Under the pieces are notes generated by a model. It had not been told where the DNA came from, made no database searches, and saw only the letters and a program-made list of their open reading frames with translations. 64,000 nt of DNA from Patellaria atrata CBS 101060 (Eukaryota): contig MU006106.1 in NCBI GenBank assembly GCA_010093705.1, positions 523,086-587,085 of the forward strand. Reading direction: 5' to 3'. Shown here in pieces: positions 25,023-37,872 of the stretch (its first letter is position 1; each line of letters opens with the position of its first letter). A program made the translations under genes and the position numbers.

Positions 25023-27240
25023 TCAACGGCCGCCTTCCAGATAATAACTCACCGAGTAGTTCAGAAAAGCGCACTGAGGGACGTCGATGAAGCTGGATGA
25101 ATAACTAGGGTAATCAAAAAGCTTGATAGGGCCTTCAGCACCTTTGACTGGAAGCCACGGTCCAGTTCGTTCAATTGCGTTCAACGTGGTAGTATAACCT
25201 CTTGCACGTAGGTATGACTGTTTGGGATTCGGTTGTCGACTTCTTACATATTCTGCAAAGTAACCTGCAGTAAGTTGAATGGAGTAGAGATCATTTGCAT
25301 CACGCAGCGTTGACAATGTTCCGAAAAGCCAGGGCATATCGGAACCATGCAAGCGGAAATAAGGTAGATTTGGATTGCCGTTCGGATACCCGGGAGTAAT
25401 GGGCGGACCACCAAGGTTGTTGGGATCGTAACCGCCATAAGACCTTTCCATCTGGTAATAGTATGCTGATTGGAAAGCTCCTGACTTTGAACCTGCGTAA
25501 ACAGTAGCTTGGTCGATACAGCGAAAGGTCTTGTCAGTAGCGACCCTTTGAGACACATTAAACGAGTCAAATGTTACGTTGCCGGTATCGTAATAAGGGA
25601 AGAGGCCAGAGTCAATGATACTTTGGGCATATGACGCGGAGATTCCAAGTGCAGCCTGAATGCCCTCTACTTCGGTCGTTACGGGTGTCTTCGGATATGT
25701 GGAAAACGAAGCTCCATCATCACGTGCTACACCTATATAACATATTAGTAACACTGATATATTTTAATAAAAAATAGGGAGACTCACCAAAGATAACGGG
25801 GATATGTGCAGTACTGGCGTTCTTCTTAGACACTATGAGCTGAGCAGTGTTGACGTAGGTGCCATCTTGGACAACATAGCGAGCGACAGAAGAGAGTCGA
25901 ATGAGGTCGAGCGCAGGAACAGTTTCTAGGCAAGATATCTGTTCATCCAGTGTGTTTTGAGTACACCCGGCGGCCTGGAAGATATTCTGACCTGCAACAG
26001 CATAAGACTGTGGGATACTATAATAGGTACTATAGGTAGTCCCGTAGTCACCGCTGAGCCCTAAAGTGACACCGCCTCCCAGACTGGACATTGCAATAGC
26101 ACCTTGAAATTTACCTATCGCCTTCGGTGACCCGAGAAGTGTACGAACGGAGCCAGCACCAGCAGACTCGCCGGATATGGTGATCTTCTTTGGGTCTCCG
26201 CCAAATTGTGCGATGTTTTTGATCGTCCACTAGAAAGAATAAGCCTTGTTTAAATCTTTGGGACTCGTAAGGTAACTTCAATTACTTACCTCAAGAGCGG
26301 TGATTTGATCTTGGATACCGTAGTTTCCCTTGATTGATGTTCCCGGAATCGCCAGAAAGCCTAATGTGGAAAGCCTGTAGTTGATTGTCACCACAACGAT
26401 ATCCTCACGACTTGCTAAGTCACCACCATCACTCAAAGGATCAGCGCCTGTACCACCGGTGAAGCCTCCTCCATGAATCCAGAACAATACTGGCTTTAAA
26501 TTCTTGCGGGAACCTGATTTTGGAATGTACGGTGTCTGAATATTTAGGGAAAGGCAGTCTTCGCTTCCACCACCTCCCTGAGCACATTGAGGACCATAAG
26601 AAGTGGCCTGAATAGTCTGACCTCTAGGAGAGTAAAGGGCAGAATATTGCCATCTCTTGGGGGTATCCGCATATGGTATGCCCTGGAAACGGAACGATTT
26701 CTTATTCCTAAACCCTACGAACGTATTACCTTGCGACGCTACAGATATTTGGTTGCTCGCACTTGCAGTAGCATTCGCGAAAGCGACTTGTGTTGACTGA
26801 GTGCATAGCACTGGAAGTCGAGAGAAGCGTGCAATATTTGGCTTAAACGCAAGGTTGTTGAAGTTTCCAGTAGTAACTACCACACCTCCATTGATGTGGT
26901 ATGATTGGACAGAACTGGATCGGCCTGAGTAAGCTAGATAGGAGAATTGTCGGAGGAAGTCTGCTCTATGTGCACGTATGGTAGATTCAGATATCAACGT
27001 TTCGCTCAGGGCGGCGCATGCGCTGGCAGCTTGCGATTGAGGGAGTGGATCGAGAAGTATAGCGCTGACATGGCTAGCACTATCCGAGAGATTGAAATTG
27101 TTTTGGTATAGTAGGGTGAGAGAAGTCTCACTATTTGAGAGAAAGGGCCTTGAATCGACAAGAGGGTTGGCTGTTAGGGTCGGGACGAGAAGAGCAGCAA
27201 TGACAAGTACAAGGAAAGATACAACTGTTCGGCCCGCCAT
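25023..27240 (-). CDS. Secreted type-B carboxylesterase with N-terminal extension; complement(join(25023..25732,25788..26229,26290..27240))
   Basis: Signal peptide from MAGRTVVSFL; FQGIPYA, SEDCLSLNI, WIHGGGF, NYRLSTLGFL, GNYGIQDQITALEW, FGGDPKKITISGESAGAGS (catalytic Ser), GVARDDG and LHGSD. Two in-frame introns. Confidence 0.93.
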
Positions 27241-27882
27241 GGCCTCGGGGGTGGCGGAAGAGAGCTGGTGCACGGACCACCTTGCTTCAATCGGATCGAG
27301 AGCTTTCAACTTTCGATTCTCTGGAACTTCGAGAAGATTATCTTGATCTCTCTGGGTATTCATCGCCCTCTTATTTCTGTATTCTTAATTTACAAAAGTA
27401 CATCTCTCTCGACTAGTCAAGGATATCGACCCGGCTCCTGGTTGAATCTGCTTTTCATTCCCAGGTTTTAATCAATATGGCTCTTGAACTTTCACAAAAC
27501 CTCCCAGCTTTCAGGCTATATTCGTATCGCTCTAAAACGAATGAAGTAATTGAAGATACAGTCTACAGGCATCTCTTATCCGCGTTTCCGGGTGAGAGTG
27601 GAGTAGATCTGGATCTGGAACTTAGATCTCCAATAAACGGCGGCTGAAATGCTTGATTTTGATATCCCGTCACATTATTTCCGGTTCTCACCTCCAACTC
27701 TACTGATTCTATACCGGTAGTTGGGTAAACCTCAACCTGACTGAAGAATGACTGAACATTTTAGCAAAGTGTATCACCCCTCATGCAGAATAATGCAGCT
27801 ATGACTGTAGTAGGAATAGACATGTCATTCATGTGGCAAACGCCCGCGCAAAAAGCATTGCCCTATCCTAATTCAGAACGGC

Positions 27883-29736
27883 CTAGTCATCAGGATACTC
27901 ATCTCGGATGTTGCTAACAAAGACCTTTCGATCCTTGTCCCATCTCTTGAATTGACGACCGGCAATGGCCATCAAGCTTTTGGAAGGTTCCTGATCTATC
28001 AGCTCAATATTTTCTTCTGCGACATATCGAACACTCCTATCATCAGCCCTTCTGATTAGTTAGCCGTAAAAGTCCCCTGAGTAAGGTTCCGAGCAAGAAG
28101 GGCCTTATACGTACAGGATATGATAGAAACTTTGGGTGCGGCCTCCTGGTAGGTTGTCAATCTGCATCTGCTGAACCCACTCATCATTTGCTGAGCAACA
28201 AGGATCCCAACCTGTAATAACGCCTTCATAACCATATCGCTTGTGCCTGAAGAGCTGTCCTACGTAATATTTTACGCCTGTTGTAGTTTCATCTCGTCTG
28301 ATAACATTCGGTGCTTTCTCGTCCCGTGTCCTAAGGGCAGATACCAATTGCAAAAGTACGTAATGTTCGGGTCGGCCCTGGAATAAGGGAGAGACATGAT
28401 TTCTGAGTAGAGAAGCATCCCATGGAAAGTGGGTCTGGAACTCCTCTAGAAAGTAAGGTAGTACCCTCTTCCTTTCCATTGCCACGGTGTCTTCGGGTCC
28501 GTCGAAGAAAAAAAGCATGGCCCACAGGGCACAGTAGAACGCGCTCTCCTGATCGACTATACTATCTACTTCGACAGAAGGATGAAGGGGATTCTGTGCG
28601 GCTCGTCGCGTATTTTGAACAGCTCTCGTGATGTTTATCCCAATTCTGTAACCTAGATCTAATATTGAACGATTTCGCATAATAACATTCTGCTCAGATG
28701 TCGCGACACCGACGTGGCGAAGCTGTGCTCTAATGTCCTGCTCGGGGACTGGTTCCGGAGATCTAAAGGGATCAATGAACATGAGATCATTTGCGATATC
28801 GTCCTTAGGTGTGTATTCAGAAGATCTTTTGACCTCCGGAAGGTGAATGGCACCGTACACGTGGAACGGAAAGCCTGCTAACGGATACGCATCAATACCT
28901 AACCTTCGAGCAACGCAACAGTAGATAGCTACGGATGTGAGAGGTAGTGAGTTGTGCTCAGGGTCTTGAAGAGTAACTCCGATAAAGCTATGCTCAAGCG
29001 AACCATAGTTACGTTCATCTCTTACACCACGAAAACCCTTAGCCCATAAGAACTGAAGTAGATCTCTTGCTTTCTCGGCGGTTGGAATGTCATCGAAAGT
29101 CTCCCGATCGATGGACTTCTCACTGAGAAAGCCTGATGCTAGTTGATCCAGTGTGCTTCGAATATATTTCCCGTCTGTATCTCTTGTGCCAAGTACGAAG
29201 GTGTCGTAGGCTATGAGCATGTCCTCCAGGCAATCATCATCGTCTAGATCTAATTTCATCCACGCCTCGACAGCAGCCTGTCTTCGAGTAGCGCCCAGGA
29301 CAGCATTTCCGTAATACCTCCTCGCCAGAACATCTTCAACATCATCTGCAGCATTGCAGAACTCCAGTAAGGTTTCTCTCGCGTCTTCACCCAAGTAAAG
29401 TATGCTTTCCACCTTGTGAATTCGACCTTGTTGGCTTGATAACATACTCTTTAGGGTCTCGGTTGTGAACTTATTCTGCAGGCATCGCAATTTGAACGCA
29501 TCTCGCCACACGGTCTCTGTTATTGGTGCCAGCAGCCTATTTTCAATCTTATGACGCGGATGCCAATATTTGAATCTAGAGAGACAGAGATTGCGCCAAA
29601 GGATATCTTCGCGTGCAAGGGCAAAGCCGCGTTTGCATGTGAACTGGAATGCTATAAGTGTCTCAGATGGTAGGTAGGATAGAATCTCAAGCAGGAGTTC
29701 GTCGGGGAGTGCAGTCAGAGGGGAGTGAGATGCCAT
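27883..29736 (-). CDS. FBXO21-like protein: F-box, transglutaminase-like core and YccV/HspQ domain; complement(join(27883..28048,28115..29736))
   Basis: LTALPDELLLEILSYL F-box; SLPLTSVAIYCCVARRLG..GFPFHV..FIDPF; YYVGQLFRHKRYGYEGVITGWD; QSFYHIL-intron-ADDRSVRYVAEENI; ends FVSNIRDEYPDD-TAG. Confidence 0.92.
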
Positions 29737-30466
29737 TGTGACCGATTGAGGACAAGCTAGGTAGAGATCTTTTGCATATCCATAGAGGGTGGATCTTAGA
29801 TTGTTGTAGAAACAGGTAAGGTAGGGTGTTGTCGTAAGAAAAGAAAGCGGCGTTAGATGCCACAAGTTGCTTGATTCGGTCCCCGGAGCTTCGGTCCAAG
29901 CCGCGGTTCGAAATGACAGGGTCACGTGAAGCAATTTGTTTGTTGATTACCTCAGCGATGATGAAGGTGTCCACCAGGGCAGGTCACAGCTAATGATACA
30001 GGATTGCAGTTATGTTTTGGTGATCTCATTAATTTCGTCAATTCCCACTGAAATCCTACCTAAGCTCGATGGCGAAATTGAAGTAGGTATCAGAACTGCA
30101 CTGTCCGTAGAAAAGAGGTTCCATAGGTCTCTGAATCGAGTATTTTTTGAGTTCTAAAAGGGCGTGATTTTTTGGTCATTTGCTTAACGATTATGATACA
30201 ATAAATCTACACAATTATCTATATCTCGTCAAAAAATCTTTGTGATTCATGTGCGATATGTAATTTTGGGGAATGTGGTGTGAAGTGAAGTTTCTTGAAA
30301 GAACAGACGGGAACTAGGAAATTATTCACTCCACCGGAGGATGGAGGAGCGGAGTATGACTAAGGACTACGCCAAGTCTTTTCCGCCACAGTCTCTCATA
30401 AGGTAGCCGCCGCCGTATCACTCAGTGATCTCATCGGGTTTCAGCTCCAGATATATTAACCTTAAC

Positions 30467-30753
30467 AGTTATAGTTATTATTATAGTTATTATTATAGTT
30501 ATTATTATAGTTATTATTATAGTTATTATTATAGTTATTATTATAGTTATTNNNNNNNNNNNNNNNNNNNNNNNNNNNNNNNNNNNNNNNNNNNNNNNNN
30601 NNNNNNNNNNNNNNNNNNNNNNNNNNNNNNNNNNNNNNNNNNNNNNNNNNNTTATAGTTATTATTATAGTTATTATTATAGTTATTATTATAGTTATTAT
30701 TATAGTTATTATTATAGTTATTATTATAGTTATTCTTGTAGTTATTCTTGTAG
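30467..30753. repeat. (TTATAGTTATTA)n 12-bp tandem array spanning a 100-N assembly gap (30552-30651)
   Basis: Perfect units on both sides of the gap, degenerating to TTGTAGTTATTC at the right end. True length is unknown. Confidence 0.95.
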
Positions 30754-31188
30754 ATATCGCATTGATGTTGGGACGGGGAGAAGTAGAAGCCTGATAGCCT
30801 CCAACCCGACGAAGCTGTTCATTATCATTAGGTTACGGCCTCATAGATCCTCCAACATCCGGCGCCCTACGCTATCAAGGGTCAGAGGCTCCCTTTGCCC
30901 CAAACGAACGCCGGTATTTCGGCTCTCGCAGCAACCAGAGGCCGGTGCGGCGTCAATGATCCAGAGTCAACCTGGAAATGTCTCTGCTGACTTAATACTT
31001 TTATAAGTAAACAACACCAACCTCATCCTAAGTATACCTTGTAAGATCAAATACTCATATCTGTGAGCCATTATTCTTCTCTTCTGAATTGAATTGAATT
31101 ATATTGCATTGCTTTACCTCACCTTTACCTCTACTCCGAACAACTCCCCTCATCCCCCCCGCATTCCTCTAAGTCCCGCGCCGCCAAA

Positions 31189-33103
31189 ATGGCCGGTACT
31201 TCCGCCAATGACTTAAAGAAGATTGAGTCTTTCCAATACCCTGCTGCTCACTTAGGCCATCTTACAGAAGCACAAGAGCATGCTTTAGAGGAGTTTAAGA
31301 AGGTGTGTCAGGAGTCTGGTTACTATAAACCTGCAGGACTGGGCGGCAGCAAGGAACCAAGTCATGATGACGAGACACTACTGTAAGATTTGCTACATTA
31401 TATGGCATAGCCGTAGTATAAACTGATAACATTATCTTTAAAGACGCTATCTGCGAGCACGTCGGTTTTCGCCGCCTGAAGCGTTCAAGCAGTTCAAAGA
31501 CACGGAAGATTGGCGCAAGGAGAACCACTTAGCAGAGCTTTATGATACAATAGATATACAGGAGTATGAAGATTGCCGTAGGCTTGTAAGTCTATCACAC
31601 ACGGATAACAACCTACAGTCCTCTGACAGCTGTTTGTAGTATCCACAATGGACAGGACGCAGAGACAGACGCGGTATTCCCGTCTATGTCTTTGAGGTTG
31701 GCCATCTCTCTTCGAAGAACGTGGATGCGTACACCAAATCAACAGCCATGAAGGGACAACAGTTCTCCTCCAAAGTGCCGGTGAAGATGCTCCGTCTTTT
31801 TGCCCTATACGAGAATTTATGTCGCTTCGTATTGCCCTTGTGCTCAGGTATTCAGGACAGAGTGCACCTTGAGACACCCGTATCCCAGAGTAACAACATT
31901 GTGGATATCTCGAAAGTGGGACTGAAGCGTTTCTGGGATCTAAAGGGGCATATGCAGGATGCGAGTCAACTTGCTACCGCGCATTATCCGGAAACCCTAG
32001 ACCGCATTTTTGTATGATATCTCTATTCCTCTGCCCGATCCCCGAATTAACTAACTGAAATCCAGATCATCGGCGCACCCGCCTTCTTTCCCACAGTCTG
32101 GGGCTGGATTAAACGCTGGTTCGATCCCATCACCGTCTCCAAGATCTTCATCCTCTCGTCGGCTGACATGAAATCCACCCTCCAACAATACATCGACCCG
32201 GCCAACATCCCTAAAAAATACGGTGGCACTCTTGACTGGGACTTCGGCAACATGCCTCACCTCGAACCTGGCATTGCGGACACCTTAACATGGCATCAAC
32301 CACTGAGCGAAGCTGGCCACCGCACAATTCCCACCGGACCTATTAAGTGGGAAGAGAGCGAGAACGGGGACATGGTCGCCGTGGCCGTCGGATTCCAAGA
32401 CGGCAAGCCCAGAAGAGAAGTCATCGCGACCCTCCCGAAGAGCGCGAAACTCATGCATGGTCAAATCCATCTCGACAACCCCATCACCGCCGGCGACGGC
32501 CTCACAACCCCGGGAACCCTCACCCAAACAATCGAAGAAGGCGACCTTTTTGCCGGCCAAAATGAGCCCTCCCCTCCCTCCTCCGGGACCGCTACCCCTC
32601 AAGTCCTCCCTATACGCTCCGAGGACGCAGCGACCGCAGCAACCGACCAACAAAACACCGTCGAAGCCGAATCACAGCGAACCCCGCAAGCTACTGCCAA
32701 TCAGGCTAAGGAGGAAATGCGCACCGGAACCTCCGACGCCAAGTTCGAGCAACAGGCCGCCACGCACGCCGAGGGCCAACTCGCGGACGGCACACCCGCC
32801 GTCAACGACCACGGCCACGGCGACAAAACGGTCACTATGGAGCCCAGCACCGTCGGTCAGGCACCCAAGGACAAGACCGTCCACCCGCCCGAACCGGCAT
32901 CCGATGCCAGTTACGTCGGTCAGGCTAAGGCTGCCGTGGGCGGTATGGTCGGTAGTGTGCTTGGCGCTGTGGGTATGGGAGGGAAGGCTGAGGAGGTCAA
33001 GCCGGATCCGGTGGTGGAGAAACGGGATGAGAGGGTCGAGAACGCGGATGATGTTAAGGTTGAGGCGTTCTTGAGGGAGAAGAGCAGGACTGCGGATCCG
33101 TAG
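31189..33103 (+). CDS. CRAL-TRIO (Sec14-like) lipid-binding protein with disordered tail; join(31189..31382,31444..31585,31640..32011,32066..33103)
   Basis: HDDETLL-RYLRARRF, YPQWTGRRDRRGIPVYVF, NIVDISKVGL, HYPETLDRIF-IIGAPAFFPTVWGWIKRWFDP and YIDPANIPKKYGG. Three in-frame introns. Confidence 0.93.
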
Positions 33104-33506
33104 TCTGGGTTTGGGTCTGTGTATGGGGGGGTAGGTAAAGTAAGAGGGCTGGGCCGGGGAGGGGGGGAATGTACTTATACGGTTACTCTGGTAAGGTCAT
33201 AGGGAGGGGATGGGGTCAGCATTTCCCTAGAACTTTGATATCTATATCGTGGTATCCGTATCACCTCAGTATCCGGTATCTATTGGATTAGAAACAAATG
33301 AATAGAATTTAAGACTATCCATTGTGGGTAGTAGTTCCAACCGCTAGGGAACGAGAGAAATGCTTCGGGTACCGCACGTAAAAAGACTCTTTGCTGCGCT
33401 ACACTTAATACAATCCAACAGCTAAAATCCAACAACCACCATCGACTCACTTTCTCCTCCAAGAAACATACCTAAACGCCACCCAATGCACCCCCCTCAA
33501 ACCACT

Positions 33507-36500
33507 CTAATACGTCACCAACTTCCCACCCCCCTTCCCCCTCCCCTCCGGCCCGGATCTACTAACCCCACACCAGCGATCCCGCACAACAACAACCTCA
33601 TAAACGCCCTCCGAGCCCACGTGAACCCTCTCACTAAATCTCTCGGACCTAATCGTCTTCGTCTCGAGCACTTTCGGCTTCCGCCCCTTCACGATCTCGC
33701 TCCTTGTATACGTGACCTCGAACGGCGGGGCACCCGTCATCTCAAACAACAGTTCCGCCTCGCCGCCCTCATGGATATCGACGCGCGTCTCGCGGCCCTT
33801 GCTTATCTGCGCGGACGGGAGGGCGTGGATGTGTTTCTTAAGCAGAGTGGCGTAGGCGCAGTGGGACGCGGCGTCGGACACGGACGTGATGGAAAAAACG
33901 CCCGGTTGCTCTGCGAGACGGCGGAAGGTGGTACCGGGGGATGTGGCTTTGCGGTCTTTGTTTTGGAAGGTGTAGTGGACTGTGAAGGGGGGGACGCCGG
34001 TGAGAGCAAAGCCGACGTGGTCGCCGACGCAGAGGTCTGTCGAGGACTCGAGGGGAACGATGGTGGGGGCGTCGTGGACGGCGAGTTGGACGCGGGGTTG
34101 GGTTGCGGGGGCGTCGAAGGTGCGGGAGCAGCCGCGGGCGTCTCGGACTTTGCGGATGATGAGGGCCGAGTTGCCGTTGTTGAGGGAAGTGTGCGGGAGG
34201 TGCAGGTTGTGCGAGGTGGAGGCTATGGAAGGGATGTTGAGGATCTCGGGGCGGCCGGAGCCGTGGTGTTTGATTTCGACTTCGAGGTGGAAGGGTGCGA
34301 TGCCAGTGAGGGTGATGGGGATCACTTGGTCGCTATCTTCGTCGCCGAAGCAGTAGCTGAAGGTCTTGCCTGGGTTCTTGAATTGGGCGTCGGGTCGGGG
34401 GTTAACGCGCTGTTCGAAGATTACCGGAGTATGGTGTTTGGCGTCGTGGTCATAGTTGGAGTCGGCTAATTCCCTAAAGATGTATTCGTAGATGCCTGAT
34501 TGTTTGGTCTCTAACCGGATTGAGGCTTGATTGAGAGGAGTGTGCAGTTGTTTGACACTCATAGCTTTATTACCCTTTACAGGTTTGTAGTGTTGTTCGT
34601 ATTTGATGTCGTATGGGGGAGTACCTGCAAAAGATAATTAGCAAGATGTAAGTAGTAGTAGTACGGAGATTAAGCATACCAGAAAGAGTGATCTCCGCAA
34701 TATCTTCATCTCCTTCACAGACTTCCCTCTTAATAAAACGATTTCCAGTCCGTTCGATCAAAGGATTCTCCACTGCATTCATTCCCGGGCGAGGTATCCA
34801 GCTGATGTCAAAAGTATTTGCCGTTGTGTCTATGGTACCAGGACATATGGCGTCACTAACACCGGTGAGCTCATATGTACCAGCTTTCTTGATAGACAAC
34901 CAATCGTTTGATCCTTTGACAGTTATGGTGCGTTCTTGAGAACCGTCTGTCGTACGATATGAGAGTTTCCATGGGCCTTCACCGGTCAGGCGAAGTGGGA
35001 TTTCGACCTCTCTCTTCCCCTCAAGAGTGCGGACGGCTCTCTTTCCCTCGAGCAGACCGAAACTGGCTTTGGGCTTCTGATGTCGAACGTTAATCCTCGC
35101 TTCTTCCTTCAGAAACTCTTTACACCCCATACGGTCTGTAACGCTTGCTAGAGATAAGGTGTACTCTCCGCCATTCTTTAGTTTATCCGTAGTAATCGTA
35201 TAATACTCCGTCTCAATATCTGACACTTTGTGTTTGGATCGCTTGCCTCCGTGCACCAATTCATACTCGAGAGACCAAGGACCCTCACCTTGGAGCTTAA
35301 TATTAAAGCTTACAGGCTCGTCAATACAAGATTGTCTCTTGTAGCCAGAGTCGAGGAAATGAGCAGAGGCGGACGGTTTGACGTCTTGTTCAATAGTGAG
35401 CCCTGGGCCTAATAACGAGAGACCCCGGTATACTGCATCGCTAATAGAATTGAATTTATATGTGTAATGTCCTGCATTCGCTGGGGTAAGTTCAAGCTGA
35501 CCCCTTAGACCTGGAACTCTAAAGTGCTCGATCTTCTGTTGTTTCGCACCTCGCTGTGAGACAAAGTACTCAATGTCGAATGGTGGCGTACCAATAAGAT
35601 CGAGGTCGACTGTAAGACCTACTGGGTTGCTAGAACATTTATCAAAGATCTCTGACGTCGATATCGAAAGGTCCGGTTCCGGGGGATTTTGCAGAAGACA
35701 GGAAGTAGGCTCGAGAACTTCTCCGGAACAATATTCAGTAGATACAGATTCTAGAGTATATAGTCCAGCCTCTCTAACCGTCGGTCGATCTCGTATATTT
35801 TTAGCCTCGAACTTTTTTTGCTGCGCGTCGGGGCTGTGCTCGCCACTTGGAAGCAATCCAGCCTCTGGTGTGAAACGATAGTCTATATTATGCGGTAAGT
35901 TGATTGCCCCTTTACCTGTTGAGTCGTAGAAGACCGGTAAGCCAGCTGGATAGCCTTTCGCAACCTGGAGAGGTCTTTGAGCGTCGCAACCACGGAATGA
36001 AATTTTGGGACGCTCATGAACCGTAAAGGATTGCTGTATCTGGGTATCTCTCGTTTTTAAATTATCGCCTTCATCGTACCGATTGGCATAACTGATGGTG
36101 TTCCCAAGTGCATCCTGAACTTTGTCAATGGAATAGATCCACCGACCACTGGAGCTAATAATCTCATTCAGGGGCACAGTAACCTGGTGAGAACGAGCCC
36201 AAGCTACTTCAGCCTCGTTGATGAGAACAAGCTGCCCTCCCTCAGTAGATTCCAGTGGATTTGTAGAGAGATACTCTTCCGGAGCGATACTCTGGTAGGT
36301 AGATTTGTGTTCTACACCATTAACTGTTTTGCGGTATTTGATATTGAGCGGTGGTGCGCCTTCAACTTCTATGGAAACATCGGAAAGATCGCCCCGACAC
36401 CGATTTGCGCTAGTTTGCTTAATTCGAGCTTGCGGACATTGCACAACAACGACTTGTGACTTTCTTCTTTGGACCTCTAGTTTAGACTCATCTAAGACCT

Positions 36501-37449
36501 TTTGAAGCTTATAGAGTCCCGTCTTCTTAACAGCGTATCGGAGGATAAGCGGTCCATCCTGCTCCTTAGACTTGAGAGAACTTTGTGCAGCTTTCCTTAA
36601 TTTCTTTGCTGCTGATGAAGAAATCGTGATAGTTTCATTCTGCATAGTTTCGAGGTCTATCCGGAGCAGTTCGATAGATATTGGGATGGTTTGATTTATC
36701 TGGATGGGAATGTGAATCTGCGTAGTGGTACTATCGAGGCAGAATGACTCTTTATTTGGATTTAGCAAGGCCGATCTATAATTATTCGTTAGGATTATAT
36801 CTATTGGAATAGGTGAAGATACAAGCGTACCCCTCTGGAAGAATATGAATAATCTGTCTTCCCAATAGTAGAGAAGCATTATTGTAGATATCCGAAGCCT
36901 TAACACTGCGCTCTGAAATGGCTATTTCTCTATCATAAAAAAATTTGGTTAATCCAATGAAGATGACGCTGAAGGGTATCTATGTTCTCGTCAGCATTCC
37001 CGAATGAATTCATGTCTATCTTAACCTACCGGGACCCTGAACATAAGAAAGTAGTTGAGCAAAGAGTGACCGGCTATCAGTGCCATAAATACAGCAGTCG
37101 ACCACTCCAGCCATGGTATCCTGAATAGAGGTACTCCGTAGAGAAAGACTGTGTCCATAGCCACCCATTTTAAAAAAAGCCATAATGACTCCGACTCATC
37201 TATTTGCAAATTCCAATAATCATATAAACGCCATGACATTAAGAGAACCCAGAATGCGAACACATAGAACCGTTGATTCGGTGCATCGAGAACATCGAAG
37301 GGTATAAGAGGCGGTTCCTCCAGTATTTCAGTCTTCAGCTGTGCTTCTGGAAGAGGTGACCGGATCTTGGTGCCGTTCTTGGGTGTGCCATTTGGAGGAC
37401 TTCGAGGTGTTGATGGGAAGGCAGAGCGCAATTTTGGAGTGCTGTCCAT
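33507..37449 (-). CDS. POM152: Nuclear pore membrane glycoprotein Pom152; complement(join(33507..34624,34680..36775,36831..36979,37030..37449))
   Basis: [16 protein letters not shown], transmembrane segments with [27 protein letters not shown], and repeated Ig-like units (C..G.PPF..Y). Three in-frame GT-AG introns. Confidence 0.93.
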
Positions 37450-37872
37450 GGCATCTTTTGGGAGTAAAGAACTGCTATCAAGGCCGCATGAGTTTGATTT
37501 ATCGGATTCCGATATTAGGACAAATCGGCCTCTTAGAAAACTAGAAAAGTTTTTGTGTTAGGTTTTCCTGAAAGCTATTAGGAAAAGTTGATATCAATCA
37601 ACAACGCGTTTGGTTCCTTGGCGCGCATCTGGGGTTATAGCTAGGATTAATACGCCGGAGTTATTCCGCGCTATGGAGGCCATATTGGATAAGGTTACGG
37701 TATAAAACAGCATCATTCATACAGTACTTTATCCATGAGATTTCAACCAAAACATTCTTCACGTTACTGACAGTGTGGACGGTTAGTCATACATTTAACA
37801 ATGTCAGTTTCTCATAATGGATAGTGATCTTATAATGATTCTCCCTACCTTAGCCACCGTGGTATCTTTTGT

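Noticed and set aside
27241..27363. 41-codon in-frame extension upstream of the carboxylesterase
   Set aside because: The signal peptide begins at ATG 27240 and there is no evidence the upstream ATG is transcribed.
30467..30753. Array as a telomere or CRISPR
   Set aside because: It is not TTAGGG-like, has no spacers, and sits in an internal eukaryotic context.
30425..31006. 193 aa Tyr/Ser-repeat ORF
   Set aside because: It is a translation of the 12-bp satellite and the N gap.
33486..34469. 327 aa ORF antisense to POM152
   Set aside because: Shadow of the GC-rich last exon; no domain.
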